Shown piece by piece: positions 1-9,780 of a DNA stretch of 64,000 nucleotides (the stretch's first letter is position 1; the number at the start of each line of letters is the position of its first letter). Below the pieces are notes generated by a model. That model made no database searches. It was not told the DNA's origin and saw only the letters and a program-made list of their open reading frames with translations. Where the stretch lies: positions 2,980 to 66,979 of the forward strand of contig JBAWZN010000006.1 in assembly GCA_037143015.1 (NCBI GenBank), in the 5' to 3' direction. Position numbers and translations under genes: made by a program. This DNA comes from Flavobacteriia bacterium (GTDB lineage: Bacteria; Bacteroidota; Bacteroidia; Flavobacteriales_D; Crocinitomicaceae).

Positions 1-353
1 CTGCAATTTTTAAGCAAAACCCTAATACTTCCTTCACGGATGGAATAAGTCCCGAAAAAGCGAAATATATTCAAAATACTTCGTTTACGATTGTGGATCA
101 AAACATGACGCGCTATTTGTTGAATCGAAACATGGTTAATGTGAAGTCTTCAAGTAAGGACGGGAAATATAAAGCAGAATGTTCTGCTAATTTCCCAAAA
201 GCGAAAAGTATTGTGTGGAATTTTGGAGATGGGAAAACATCGAATTTATTTCAAACAGAGCATTTTTATACAAAAACGGGAACATACACGATAACAATTA
301 CCATTCAAGATGCTTGTGGTGAACGTGTTATAAAGAAAAAGGTGATTTACTAA
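1..353 (+). CDS. 3' end of a larger PKD-domain protein (5' end outside window)
   Basis: Frame 3 is open from base 3 to the TAA at 351-353, so the ATG at 93 is internal. The C-terminal WNFGDGKTS...HFYTKTGTYTITITIQDACG is a canonical PKD-domain signature. Confidence 0.6.
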   Translation, partial: AIFKQNPNTSFTDGISPEKAKYIQNTSFTIVDQNMTRYLLNRNMVNVKSSSKDGKYKAECSANFPKAKSIVWNFGDGKTSNLFQTEHFYTKTGTYTITITIQDACGERVIKKKVIY

Positions 354-354
354 G

Positions 355-1473
355 TTAATCGAATATAAAAAAGAGTCGATTAGTCAGTTTCTTTAACGGA
401 ATCAAAATAAAACTTAAAGCAGCACGTATTTGATCGAGAAAGTAGACGAATACGACGAAAGTCAGGACAAACGTAAAGGTATAAGATACAATTTGGTACG
501 CATTCAAACGTTCATGAAAATAATGCGTCAAACCTCTTCCCGTTAGACTTCCATATAATACAATCATGTGAATGATGTAAATGCTCAAGGTATTTTGTCC
601 GATTTTTAAAAACAGATTCGGCTTTTTAATCCTAAGTACATATGTTTCCAGCCCTAGTAAAATGCTGAGCACCATAAACACCATTCCAAGTTTTTCAAAC
701 AACCAATCCATGCGGTACAGATTGCTTTGTTGATAAATCGAAATATCCCCAAGCAGTAATAAGAACTTCTTACTTAATGTATAAAGTACAAACCCAATCA
801 TGAATCCACTTAGGATGAATTTTGGTGATTTTACGTTTTCCTTGAATTGAAATAAAATCACACCAATCATCGCGCCGAACATCGTATAACCCATATGGGG
901 TGTCAATGGGAATAAGGAATGCTTACCGTGAAAGATGTTTTGAATGAACATCGGTGCTTTCGCCGGCCAGTAGTGTCCTTCCGGAAGCAAGCCAAAGTAC
1001 AAATAGCTGATAAAAAGTAAAACACCTGCTGTTGCATAATACATCCACAATGGAATTACCTTAATCCATCGAGAGATTCCGTATAAACTGATGATGGTTA
1101 AAATTCCAACACCAATACACTGTAAAACGTGAAACGCGTAATATTGAAGTAAATAGCCCCAAAACAATAATTCGACAACGCGTTTCAATCCCTTACGTAC
1201 ACGCATGTTACTCCAAAATGCTGTTTTATCGTTTCCTAGCAGTAAATACGTAAAAACGATTCCTGTTACCGTTAGGAAGACGGGGGAAGTAAATCCACGG
1301 ATAAATTTCCAATAGTAATAAATGTTGTTGGACTCATCGCGTAAATCAAGTGCCAATGAATCATGAACAAAATGTCCCTCGAGCATTAATAAAATCGCGA
1401 TTGAACGTGCGATATCTATGAAATATAAGCGCTGCTTCGGTTGATTTAATTCTGGAATAATAGCTTGACTCAT
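355..1473 (-). CDS. DUF1624 / heparan-alpha-glucosaminide N-acetyltransferase-like polytopic membrane protein (paralog 2)
   Basis: 372-aa multi-TM ORF. The N-terminal YFIDIARSIAILLMLEGHFVH motif and HVLQCIGVGILTIISL are typical of this acyltransferase-3-related family. It has a 4-bp ATGA overlap with the upstream paralog. Confidence 0.6.
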   Translation of the reverse strand: MSQAIIPELNQPKQRLYFIDIARSIAILLMLEGHFVHDSLALDLRDESNNIYYYWKFIRGFTSPVFLTVTGIVFTYLLLGNDKTAFWSNMRVRKGLKRVVELLFWGYLLQYYAFHVLQCIGVGILTIISLYGISRWIKVIPLWMYYATAGVLLFISYLYFGLLPEGHYWPAKAPMFIQNIFHGKHSLFPLTPHMGYTMFGAMIGVILFQFKENVKSPKFILSGFMIGFVLYTLSKKFLLLLGDISIYQQSNLYRMDWLFEKLGMVFMVLSILLGLETYVLRIKKPNLFLKIGQNTLSIYIIHMIVLYGSLTGRGLTHYFHERLNAYQIVSYTFTFVLTFVVFVYFLDQIRAALSFILIPLKKLTNRLFFIFD

Positions 1474-2615
1474 AGTTCAGATTTCGTGCGCAAGTTACGA
1501 AAGAATGCCTTAATTAAAGGCAAATATTTTACGAGATACGCGAATAACACAAGGAACAACAAGGCTCCTATGGTGGAAGAAAAGCCTGAAAGTTTCGATT
1601 GAATGAGGTCCCGAAGGCTATATCCGACCAATGCGCCATAGAGTAAAATGGCATGTGCGACATATACAAAGAAGGTGTTTTGTCCCATCCCGAGAAATAT
1701 CGGACTTTTCGCTATACGCCATTCACTGAACGGAATGAAAACCGTAAATAAAAGAAACACGAATCCAAGGCGATCGAAATACCATAGGTTTTGTGGATGC
1801 GCCGACAGTTGGTATTGAGGTGTGAGCCGCGATAGAAAGGTAAACAACCAACCAAGGACAAATGCCCCTAATGATAAGAGAAGCGTATACTTCATCAGTC
1901 GTTTTTTATCCTCCTGCAACTGAAAAAACGCAATAAGCGATCCAAAAAATGCACCAAAAAACACATAACCCATCCAAGGGAAAATGGAAAATTCCGTTTC
2001 TGGACCTTGAATCATGTTTTGAATAAATTCAGGAAAGTGTGGGGGAAGATAGGCGTCCGTTGAACGAACAAAAAAGGTCCCGATGAAAAGGGTAAGCCCA
2101 ATGCTGAGATACATCCAATGAAATGGAATTCTCAGTTTGATGGCAAGGTAGGTGAGGGAAATTAAACTTAAAATCCCAACGCCAATACACTGTAGGACAT
2201 GGAACGTGAAAAAATGTGGATTGACATGTCCTTGAAAATAGTATCCTATGTATTTAAAATTGATTTGAAGGGCATAACCAATAAGTAGCAACATCAATCC
2301 GCGTTTCACTCCTTTTTTCACGCGTTTCAATTCCCAAAATCGGATGTCGACGCTATTTTTTAATTGCAGATGCAACAGGTAACTGAACACGGTTCCTGAA
2401 ATGGTGAAGAACAATGGAGCGGTTAATCCCCGCATAAATCCCCAAGAATTGAATAAGAGGTTGCTTGAATGTCCATGCTTGAAAATCTCCGCCATATAGA
2501 CGTCATAATCGGCATAACTCATGGAAATGAAATGTCCCTGTAACATCATGCAAATCGCCACACTTCTTCCGAAATCGATGAATTGAACCCTAGATTGCCG
2601 TTTGATTTCTTCCAT
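1470..2615 (-). CDS. DUF1624 / acyltransferase-3-related polytopic membrane protein (paralog 1)
   Basis: 381 aa, clearly paralogous to 355-1473 (VQFIDFGRSVAICMMLQGHFIS; HVLQCIGVGILSLISL). Its ATG directly abuts the stop of the upstream PorE-like gene (TAAATG on the minus strand at 2613-2618). Confidence 0.6.
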   Translation of the reverse strand: MEEIKRQSRVQFIDFGRSVAICMMLQGHFISMSYADYDVYMAEIFKHGHSSNLLFNSWGFMRGLTAPLFFTISGTVFSYLLHLQLKNSVDIRFWELKRVKKGVKRGLMLLLIGYALQINFKYIGYYFQGHVNPHFFTFHVLQCIGVGILSLISLTYLAIKLRIPFHWMYLSIGLTLFIGTFFVRSTDAYLPPHFPEFIQNMIQGPETEFSIFPWMGYVFFGAFFGSLIAFFQLQEDKKRLMKYTLLLSLGAFVLGWLFTFLSRLTPQYQLSAHPQNLWYFDRLGFVFLLFTVFIPFSEWRIAKSPIFLGMGQNTFFVYVAHAILLYGALVGYSLRDLIQSKLSGFSSTIGALLFLVLFAYLVKYLPLIKAFFRNLRTKSEL

Positions 2616-4550
2616 TTATTGTCCTATAATGCGTAATTCAATGATTTCGATGCGGCGTTCTTGCGAGGCTGCCTTGGAGTAAACAGAATTCTTCTGATCA
2701 TAGTAATCGTCACTCGTTTCTTTATTTGCTTTGAACTCTCCCATAGGAACTTCGATGAATTCCAATGCCGGATTTTCGCCAATCATGTATGCGCCAAAGC
2801 GACCTTGCTGCACTTCTTCAAAATAATTCTTCAAAGATTGGATGCGTCGCTTCGTCAGGTGAACATTGTAATCTGTTTTTGCAAGCGGACTGGCAAATCC
2901 TTGCACTAGCAACTGAACCCGATTCCCTTTTTGTAGCTCAAACCAAACTTGATTGGTGAATTTCTCCAAATCCAGTTTGCCTTTTTGAACCTCTTCCTCG
3001 AAAAATAACTGCAACAATGCTGCCGATTGCCTTGCCTGTGCGGAATCACGCTGCAATGCTACTTTGGTCTTATAGTTGTCGAATTGTGCCTCGTATTTTT
3101 GATAAGACTCTACGTAACTTAAATTGGTAAAATCAGATGTTGTATTGGCATCAGGCTGGTCGTTTTCAAAGTACAAACGAATGGGCAATTTTACCACTTC
3201 ATAGGGCAAGGAGGCAACAACCTGTGTCCCAACTTTAATCGGCTTACTTCTTGGAATCTCAGCCATGTAAATGTCACTGCAACACGTTGGATTTTTCGCA
3301 TACAAACTTCCTAAACGATTGGACGAAACAAAAGTCGAGTCACCAGATTGAAAGTAGTATTGATCTGCAGCAGGACTGTTTAGCGGTATTCCAACGTTGA
3401 TGGGTGCTCCAAACTTTCCATTTCTAAATTCTGAAAAAAAGACATCTTGTCCGCCAAATCCTTGGTGCCAACTGGAGGAAAAATACAGTCGGTTTTCAAT
3501 GGTGTCGAACCAAGGACAAATATCATGATCGAGGGAGTTAATACCTGAGATGTTTTCAACAGTCGTCGGATTCCCGTTCTGATCCAATTTTGTATACCAA
3601 ATGTCCATTCCGCCTTTTGTCCCCGAGCGGTTCGATGCAAAAAAAAGTACCGGTTCTTTATTAAAAATCGAAAAATGCGGCATGGTTGTATTGACTCCCG
3701 CTTGATTCACCAATTGATTCAAGGAATCGAGCGAACGCCATTTTCCATCAGTTCCTTTTTGACTAAATACGATGGCACAGGTGTAATTGAAATCTTTGTC
3801 CGAACAAACGCTGTAGAAAAATCGCCCATCCCCCGAAAAACTTCCATTTCCAATGCTTTTTCCTGGTGGAATCAAGTCCTGAAGTTTTTGGGCACTGTCT
3901 TTTTCTTTTGCCATGTTCACTTCATAAAGTGCTGTGTGGTAATGCGGTGAATAAACCTCCTGAATTTCTTCATTCATAGAGTCTGCTTTTAATGAGGAGA
4001 AATACAGCAATCCATCATTTATCGTATGTCCAAATTCGGCATCATACGAATTGATGTTTTCTCCTAAAGCATCTATTTGAATCCCTAAATCTGGTCCAAT
4101 CTTCAACTGTTTCAAGGCCCAGTTCGTTGATTCAACTTCCTGCGCGGCCTTTTTGTAGCGGTAAGTAGATTTGTCTTCGGAAGCCGCTTTTTTAGCAGTT
4201 TTAAAATGCTCCAAGGCTTCTTTGTACTTTCCGTTTTGTTTTTGCATCAAGGCGTAATTCAAGAGTGCATCCGGATATCGTTCACCATCTTCATCCTTTG
4301 TATAAACCGTTGCATAATATTTTTCAGCTTGAACATAATCCTTGTAAGCCTTATTGGTTTCGGCAATTTTCCACACTAGATCAAGGTTCTCGGGATCAAG
4401 AACGAGTGCCTGCTGGTAGTAATCCAAGGCATAATAATAATCACCTTTTTGGTATTGTTGATCGGCGAAGGTCAGAATATCCTTCAGCTTGGCTTGACCA
4501 AACGACAAATACGGAAGAAGTATAAAACCAATTAAATAAAATCTGGACAT
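2616..4550 (-). CDS. PorE-like T9SS-associated protein (TPR + TolB/WD40-like beta-propeller + OmpA_C peptidoglycan-binding domain)
   Basis: 644 aa with a signal peptide. TPR-like helices (YYYALDYYQQALVLDP, YKEALEHFKTAKK). TolB-type propeller repeats (FFASNRSGTKGGMDIWY, YFSSSWHQGFGGQDVFF). C-terminal OmpA-like domain (VQGFASPLAKTDYNVHLTKRRIQSL...ERRIEI). The domain order matches P. gingivalis PorE. Confidence 0.7.
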   Translation of the reverse strand: MSRFYLIGFILLPYLSFGQAKLKDILTFADQQYQKGDYYYALDYYQQALVLDPENLDLVWKIAETNKAYKDYVQAEKYYATVYTKDEDGERYPDALLNYALMQKQNGKYKEALEHFKTAKKAASEDKSTYRYKKAAQEVESTNWALKQLKIGPDLGIQIDALGENINSYDAEFGHTINDGLLYFSSLKADSMNEEIQEVYSPHYHTALYEVNMAKEKDSAQKLQDLIPPGKSIGNGSFSGDGRFFYSVCSDKDFNYTCAIVFSQKGTDGKWRSLDSLNQLVNQAGVNTTMPHFSIFNKEPVLFFASNRSGTKGGMDIWYTKLDQNGNPTTVENISGINSLDHDICPWFDTIENRLYFSSSWHQGFGGQDVFFSEFRNGKFGAPINVGIPLNSPAADQYYFQSGDSTFVSSNRLGSLYAKNPTCCSDIYMAEIPRSKPIKVGTQVVASLPYEVVKLPIRLYFENDQPDANTTSDFTNLSYVESYQKYEAQFDNYKTKVALQRDSAQARQSAALLQLFFEEEVQKGKLDLEKFTNQVWFELQKGNRVQLLVQGFASPLAKTDYNVHLTKRRIQSLKNYFEEVQQGRFGAYMIGENPALEFIEVPMGEFKANKETSDDYYDQKNSVYSKAASQERRIEIIELRIIGQ

Positions 4551-5515
4551 ACGCGATGAATGATTTGTTTTGGTTTAAAACGACTTATGACATATTTCAC
4601 GGCAATTTCGAATCCACCGCGTGCATTGCTGGCCGGAACGAGTTTAGAAAAATTGACGTCGTAACTCATCCCACAATACAAGGGTCCTTTTTCGTAAGCA
4701 ATGTGGACAGATACAGCATCTTTGTTCCTCCACCACAGTCCGCCGTAAAAGTTAACTTTATCCCGTTTCGAAAAGACATAACGCGCAAGTCCACCGAGCA
4801 TCAACTCATGGTATTTTCCTTGTTTGCTGTATTGAAGACTAGGAAAAATTGTCCATTCATCATTGAGGGTGTAACTCGCTTTGGTGAAAATGTTCCAACG
4901 AACATCCCTTAATACGACTTGGTTGTAGAAGCCCTGATTTGGACGGTTGAGGTTGAAAACGGAAATCCCAGAATGAAATGACCATCGATCGGAAAACTGC
5001 CAATCGTCTACTAGACCGAGTCCTAAGGAAAAATTCGTTTTGGAATCACTTTGAAAAGATTCATTGCTCGGCGCATTTGAATTAAAAATGTAACCGTTGT
5101 ATTGATTGTCAAAATACAATGCGGACCAGTTGATTTGTCGGTAATTCAATCCGAAGTTCAAGCCCGGACGAAAGGTATGACTAGGTAAAATAGCGATATT
5201 GATTGGTCGATTGATGTTCGCCTGACATTCAACGGTGCGCAATTTACCATCGCCCACTTGATCGTGAAAAGCCAACAATCCGACACCCCAGCCTTTGTAA
5301 CGCGTATCTGCTGAAAAGGAATTGGTACTGAAGGGAACGGTCACACTGCGCCATTGATTTCGGTAATTCGCAATGAAACGAAGGTCTTCTTGAAACGCGC
5401 CTGCATTTCCAGGATTCTGAAAAAGTGGATTGTCGTTGAATTGCGTCCAATGGATATCCTGACCATACATCATGGAATGAACGAGGAATAGAAATATGAA
5501 CGTTAGGGACTTCAT
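4532..5515 (-). CDS. PorP/SprF family type IX secretion outer-membrane protein
   Basis: 327 aa, signal peptide ending YGQ, then the family-typical IHWTQFNDNPLFQNPGNAG start and beta-strand-rich remainder. It overlaps the downstream PorE-like gene by 19 bp. Confidence 0.75.
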   Translation of the reverse strand: MKSLTFIFLFLVHSMMYGQDIHWTQFNDNPLFQNPGNAGAFQEDLRFIANYRNQWRSVTVPFSTNSFSADTRYKGWGVGLLAFHDQVGDGKLRTVECQANINRPINIAILPSHTFRPGLNFGLNYRQINWSALYFDNQYNGYIFNSNAPSNESFQSDSKTNFSLGLGLVDDWQFSDRWSFHSGISVFNLNRPNQGFYNQVVLRDVRWNIFTKASYTLNDEWTIFPSLQYSKQGKYHELMLGGLARYVFSKRDKVNFYGGLWWRNKDAVSVHIAYEKGPLYCGMSYDVNFSKLVPASNARGGFEIAVKYVISRFKPKQIIHRVCPDFI

Positions 5516-5560
5516 TGCAAATTGGCTCTACGAATATACAAAATTTGCAACGCTAATCCA

Positions 5561-6247
5561 TTACGGATTGGTTAAGGAAACGGGTATGATTTTCCCATTC
5601 AAATAGCGCTGTGCATTCAAAGAGAAATCGGTAATGAATTCCGCCATTTGTGTTGGATTCAGTGGTGCTTGGTATCCAGGAAATGCTTGTTCTAACATTT
5701 CTGTTTGAACCGCACCCAAGCAAAGGCAGTTCATTTTGATGTTCGTCTCTTTGTATTCTTCGGCAAACAACTCTGTAAAAGAACAAAGTGCTGCTTTTGA
5801 AGTAGAATAGGCCGCTAATCCTGCGAACTTCATACTTCCTTGAAATCCACCCATGGAACTAATGTTAACGATGTGTGCACCTGCAGGATTCATCTTAGGC
5901 AGCAAACATTGAATGCTTTCCATCACGCCAATCACATTTATTTGATAGGAAGTACTGATGTCAGCATGTGTTAACTCAGGGAACGGTTTGTTTACTAAAA
6001 ATCCAGCATTTTCGATGAGGACATCGATCTGAGCTAACTGACCCATGATTAGCGCAAATTGTTCGTGCACATTTTCACTTAAGTCCAAGGAGAAACAATG
6101 CACATTTTCTTGATGGAAAGTAGCTTCCATGCGTTCGATGTTTCGCGCAAAAGCATAGACCTGATGTTCGGGATTCTGCGCATACCTTCTCACGAGTTCA
6201 GCCCCAATTCCGCGACTTGCGCCAATGACAAAAATGTGCTTACTCAT
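5561..6247 (-). CDS. SDR-family short-chain dehydrogenase/reductase
   Basis: Glycine-rich NAD(P) motif VIGASRGIGAEL, IENAG, catalytic YSTSK. The ATG at 6247 overlaps the TAA of the upstream gene (ATGAGTAA), so the TTG at 6259 in the ORF track is less likely. Confidence 0.8.
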   Translation of the reverse strand: MSKHIFVIGASRGIGAELVRRYAQNPEHQVYAFARNIERMEATFHQENVHCFSLDLSENVHEQFALIMGQLAQIDVLIENAGFLVNKPFPELTHADISTSYQINVIGVMESIQCLLPKMNPAGAHIVNISSMGGFQGSMKFAGLAAYSTSKAALCSFTELFAEEYKETNIKMNCLCLGAVQTEMLEQAFPGYQAPLNPTQMAEFITDFSLNAQRYLNGKIIPVSLTNP

Positions 6248-7313
6248 CGAAACTAACAATTAGTTCGTCACTCGTTGGAAACGCTTGACACGTTAAAATG
6301 TATCCTTGGTTTACTTCGTCATCCGTCAAAGAGAAATTGGAACGCATTTTTGCTGACCCCTTCAATACTTTCGCTCGGCAAGAGCAACAAACACCACCGC
6401 GACAAGAGTACGGAGCATCTAAGCCATTTTTTTCTGCTAAGTCAAGTACACTGTGTTGTTCTCCTTTCATGGTGAATGACGCCGTTTCTCCGTCAATCAT
6501 CACCTTCACTTTGCTTTCTCCCGAAAACGCAACCGTTTCAACAGGTGCGGTGGATTCAAGCGCTGTAAATAGCTCAATATGAATTTTATCTTTCGCTACG
6601 CCAAAGAAGGCCAAACACTCTTGCATTTCTTGAACGAGTCCGGTAGGTCCACAGATGTAAAAAGCATCCGCTTGCAACAAGCTCAAATTCGCTTTGAGTT
6701 TTTCTGTGAAGCTATCTTTTGTGATTCTTCCAGATGTATATCCTTCGCGTTCTTCTTGACTTAAAAAATGAGTGCAATGAACGTTCGATAAGGATCCTAG
6801 TTCAGATTCGAAAAGAATGGAGTCCTTTTGTTTACTTCCGTAAAATAGGTGCATTTGCGCAGCGCTGGACAAATGTTTAGCCATAGACAAAATTGGCGTA
6901 ATTCCACTTCCGGCAGCGATGCAGACGATGTTTTTTGCACTCGGACTCAACTTAAAGTTTCCTTCAGGTTTAGAAATCCAAATGGGGAAATCTGTCGTTT
7001 TTTGATTGTTCAGGAAGTTCGATACTAGTCCTTTATCGATGCGTTTTACACCAACTGCTAATGGTTCAGAAGGACCACTGCAAATGGAGTAGGAGCGACG
7101 TTCCTTTTTCTCGTTGACAATAACTTCAAGGTTAATGTATTGTCCTGGAACGAAAGTAAATTCATTTTGAAGATTAGCTGGAAGTTGAAAAGAAACCTGA
7201 ACGGAATCTGAATTCAAATGCTTCACCTCTTGAATGGCAACTTCGTGGAATCCACGGCTCACATTTTCAGTAGCCGGCTTTTCACTTTTTTTAAATCGGT
7301 CAAATAATCCCAT
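6240..7313 (-). CDS. PaaE-like oxygenase reductase, second tandem paralog (FNR-type FAD/NAD domains + C-terminal plant-type 2Fe-2S)
   Basis: RRSYSICS flavin motif, GSGITP NAD motif, C-terminal CRGGVCCSCRAKV...LTCQ ferredoxin cluster. It starts 5 nt after the stop of the upstream paralog. Confidence 0.75.
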   Translation of the reverse strand: MGLFDRFKKSEKPATENVSRGFHEVAIQEVKHLNSDSVQVSFQLPANLQNEFTFVPGQYINLEVIVNEKKERRSYSICSGPSEPLAVGVKRIDKGLVSNFLNNQKTTDFPIWISKPEGNFKLSPSAKNIVCIAAGSGITPILSMAKHLSSAAQMHLFYGSKQKDSILFESELGSLSNVHCTHFLSQEEREGYTSGRITKDSFTEKLKANLSLLQADAFYICGPTGLVQEMQECLAFFGVAKDKIHIELFTALESTAPVETVAFSGESKVKVMIDGETASFTMKGEQHSVLDLAEKNGLDAPYSCRGGVCCSCRAKVLKGSAKMRSNFSLTDDEVNQGYILTCQAFPTSDELIVSFDE

Positions 7314-7318
7314 AATGG

Positions 7319-8389
7319 TTAGTCGTCAAATGATACAAGCACTTCCTCACTCGTTGGGTGTGCTTGACAAGTTAAAATATATCCAGCTTCTACTTCTTCT
7401 GGCGTAAGTGCATAGTTTAAGTCCATGCTAACTGTTCCTTTTAGAACTTTCGCTTTACACGTGCAACAAACACCGCCTTTACAGGCGTATGGAACGTCTG
7501 AGCCCGCTTTGTACGCAGCATCCAAAATGGTCATACCTGTTGAATCTAACGGGAATTCTACGGCATCATCGTCCATGATGACCGTAACGACAGAAGAAAC
7601 ATTTTCACGTATTTCTGTATTTTTCTTCGCTGCCGTTTTCGTTGCGCCAGAGTGAAATAATTCAAAGTGAATGCTTTTTTCTGGAAGTCCTTTTTGAAGC
7701 ATGGCAGCTTTGACATCCAAAATCATTTGTTCTGGACCACAAATGAACACATCGTCTATTTGTTCATTCTGCAAAAATGCCTTATGTAAATCCAAGCATT
7801 TTTGCTCGTCAATTCGTCCCTTTTGAATCGCATTTCCAATATTTTCCCTAGAAAAAAGATGTACTAGGCAAAAGCGATCTAAATATTCATTTTTGAGGTT
7901 TTCCAGTTCTTCGCGGAAAATCACTTCGGAAAATCCTTGATTACCGTAAAACATGGTCACCTGACTATTTGGTTCTTCTCGCAGAATAGATTTTGTAATG
8001 GAAAATATCGGTGTGACTCCACTTCCAGCGGCAAATAGCACATAAGATTTCTCATGATCAGGGTTGGTTTCCAATTTGAAATTCCCCATTGGATTCATGA
8101 CATCTAAAAAGTCGCCTTCTTTTAGTTCGTGAAGTGCGAATGTGGAAAAAACACCATTTTCTACTTGTTTAATCGCAACACGCCATTCATGATCGGATGG
8201 AGCTGAGCAAAGAGAGTAAGAACGGCGAACGTCTTCTCCTTGAATTATACTTCTCAAGGTTAGGTATTGTCCGGATAAATATTGGTAATCGTCTTGTAAT
8301 TCTCGGGGCAAATCAAAACTGATGGAAACACAGCTTTTGGTCTCTTTGCGTATGTTTTTTATCTGAAGAGAATGAAATTTTGGCGTCAT
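7319..8389 (-). CDS. paaE: Phenylacetyl-CoA epoxidase reductase subunit PaaE-like
   Basis: 356 aa. RRSYSLCS, GSGVTPIFS, C-terminal CKGGVCCTCKAKV...LTCQAHP. Divergent from paaABCD. Confidence 0.8.
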   Translation of the reverse strand: MTPKFHSLQIKNIRKETKSCVSISFDLPRELQDDYQYLSGQYLTLRSIIQGEDVRRSYSLCSAPSDHEWRVAIKQVENGVFSTFALHELKEGDFLDVMNPMGNFKLETNPDHEKSYVLFAAGSGVTPIFSITKSILREEPNSQVTMFYGNQGFSEVIFREELENLKNEYLDRFCLVHLFSRENIGNAIQKGRIDEQKCLDLHKAFLQNEQIDDVFICGPEQMILDVKAAMLQKGLPEKSIHFELFHSGATKTAAKKNTEIRENVSSVVTVIMDDDAVEFPLDSTGMTILDAAYKAGSDVPYACKGGVCCTCKAKVLKGTVSMDLNYALTPEEVEAGYILTCQAHPTSEEVLVSFDD

Positions 8390-8413
8390 TCAAGTTTAAA
8401 TTTAAATTGAAGT

Positions 8414-8421
8414 CAAATTTA
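8414..8421 (-). promoter_or_regulatory. Candidate Bacteroidota -7 promoter box (TAAATTTG) for the paaE operon
   Basis: Plus-strand CAAATTTA is TAAATTTG on the minus strand, matching TAnnTTTG. It lies 25 nt upstream of the paaE ATG at 8389. Confidence 0.3.
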
Positions 8422-8442
8422 CACAATACTTAAGTATTTTGT
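8421..8442. promoter_or_regulatory. 22-bp near-perfect palindrome (candidate operator) in the divergent paa promoter region
   Basis: ACACAATACTTAAGTATTTTGT. The central 14 bp AATACTTAAGTATT are perfectly self-complementary and 21 of 22 positions pair overall. It abuts the candidate paaE -7 box. Confidence 0.35.
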
Positions 8443-8498
8443 CTGTTTTAAGGAACAATGTTCTGCGATATTTGTTTAAAGTAAATATTGATATTTCG

Positions 8499-8506
8499 TA
8501 TATTTG
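8499..8506 (+). promoter_or_regulatory. Candidate -7 promoter box (TATATTTG) for paaABCD
   Basis: Matches TAnnTTTG, 17 nt upstream of the paaA ATG at 8524. Confidence 0.35.
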
Positions 8507-8523
8507 TCAAAAGCAGTAAGAAC

Positions 8524-9471
8524 ATGAAAACAATGGATTTACAAGAATTAGAAAAGCGTTTCCAAGAAAAGATTGATAAAGAAATTAAAATCGAACCAAA
8601 CGACTGGATGCCAGATGAATACCGTAAAACGTTGATTCGTCAGATTTCGCAACATGCGCATTCTGAAATTGTCGGAATGCTTCCTGAGGGGAATTGGATT
8701 ACAAGAGCTCCAAACTTACGTCGTAAAGCGGTGTTGTTAGCAAAAGTGCAAGATGAGGCCGGACACGGACTTTATTTATACAGTTCTGTAGAGACTTTAG
8801 GTGCTGACCGCGAAGATACAATCGATGATTTACATTCGGGTAAAGCCAAGTATTCTTCTATTTTTAATTATCCTGCTGTTACTTGGGCGGACATTGGCAC
8901 CATCGGTTGGTTAGTTGATGGCGCTGCCATTATGAATCAAGTGGCTTTGTGTCGTTGTTCATACGGTCCTTACGCTCGTGGTATGGTGAAAATCTGTAAA
9001 GAAGAATCGTTTCACCAACGACAAGGATTTGAGAGTTTAGTTACATTGTGTAATGGAACACCGACGCAAAAAGCCATGGCTCAAGATGCAATGAACCGTT
9101 TCTGGTGGCCAGCCTTAATGATGTTCGGACCAAGTGATGATGAATCACCGAACTCTGCTCAATCCATGAAATGGAGAATCAAACGTTTCACCAATGATGA
9201 GCTTCGTCAAAGTTTTGTTGATGCGACTGTTCCGCAAGCAGAAATTCTTGGATTAACGATTCCAGATCCAAATCTAAAATGGAACGAAGAAACAGGTCAT
9301 TATGATTTTAGTCCAATTAATTGGGATGAATTCTGGCAAGTGGTGAATGGAAATGGACCTTGCAACAAGGAACGAATTGATGCACGTAAGAAAGCGAAAG
9401 AAGAAGGTATGTGGGTGCGTGAAGCCGCAATGGCATACGCAGAGAAGCGTGCATTGAAAAAAACAGCATAA
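8524..9471 (+). CDS. paaA: 1,2-phenylacetyl-CoA epoxidase catalytic subunit A
   Basis: Di-iron carboxylate motifs ([11 protein letters not shown]; [10 protein letters not shown]) and overall PaaA-like sequence. ATG at 8524 is preferred over the TTG at 8488. Confidence 0.9.
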   Translation: MKTMDLQELEKRFQEKIDKEIKIEPNDWMPDEYRKTLIRQISQHAHSEIVGMLPEGNWITRAPNLRRKAVLLAKVQDEAGHGLYLYSSVETLGADREDTIDDLHSGKAKYSSIFNYPAVTWADIGTIGWLVDGAAIMNQVALCRCSYGPYARGMVKICKEESFHQRQGFESLVTLCNGTPTQKAMAQDAMNRFWWPALMMFGPSDDESPNSAQSMKWRIKRFTNDELRQSFVDATVPQAEILGLTIPDPNLKWNEETGHYDFSPINWDEFWQVVNGNGPCNKERIDARKKAKEEGMWVREAAMAYAEKRALKKTA

Positions 9472-9491
9472 TAACACGATATTTAGAAACT

Positions 9492-9779
9492 ATGTCAAAC
9501 AGAGATTGGCCCCTTTGGGAGGTGTTTATCCGCAGTAAACAAGGATTAAACCACAAACACGTTGGTAGCTTGCGCGCAGCTGATGCAACAATGGCATTAG
9601 CAAACGCCCGAGATGTGTACACGCGTAGATCTGAGGGAATCAGTATTTGGGTCATTGAATCGAATAATGTTCACGCTTCAGATCCTACCGAAGCTGACTC
9701 TTTGTTCGAGCCATCAGATACAAAAGTTTACCGTCATCCTACGTTTTATGATGTTCCCGACGGTATAAAACACATGTAA
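9492..9779 (+). CDS. paaB: 1,2-phenylacetyl-CoA epoxidase subunit B
   Basis: 95 aa; WPLWEVFIRSKQGLNHKHVGSL...DVYTRR is the conserved PaaB core. Confidence 0.9.
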   Translation: MSNRDWPLWEVFIRSKQGLNHKHVGSLRAADATMALANARDVYTRRSEGISIWVIESNNVHASDPTEADSLFEPSDTKVYRHPTFYDVPDGIKHM

Positions 9780-9780
9780 G

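Noticed and set aside
8488-8523. TTG start extending paaA by 12 codons
   Set aside because: The extension ([12 protein letters not shown]) covers the candidate -7 promoter box, and PaaA homology begins near the ATG at 8524.
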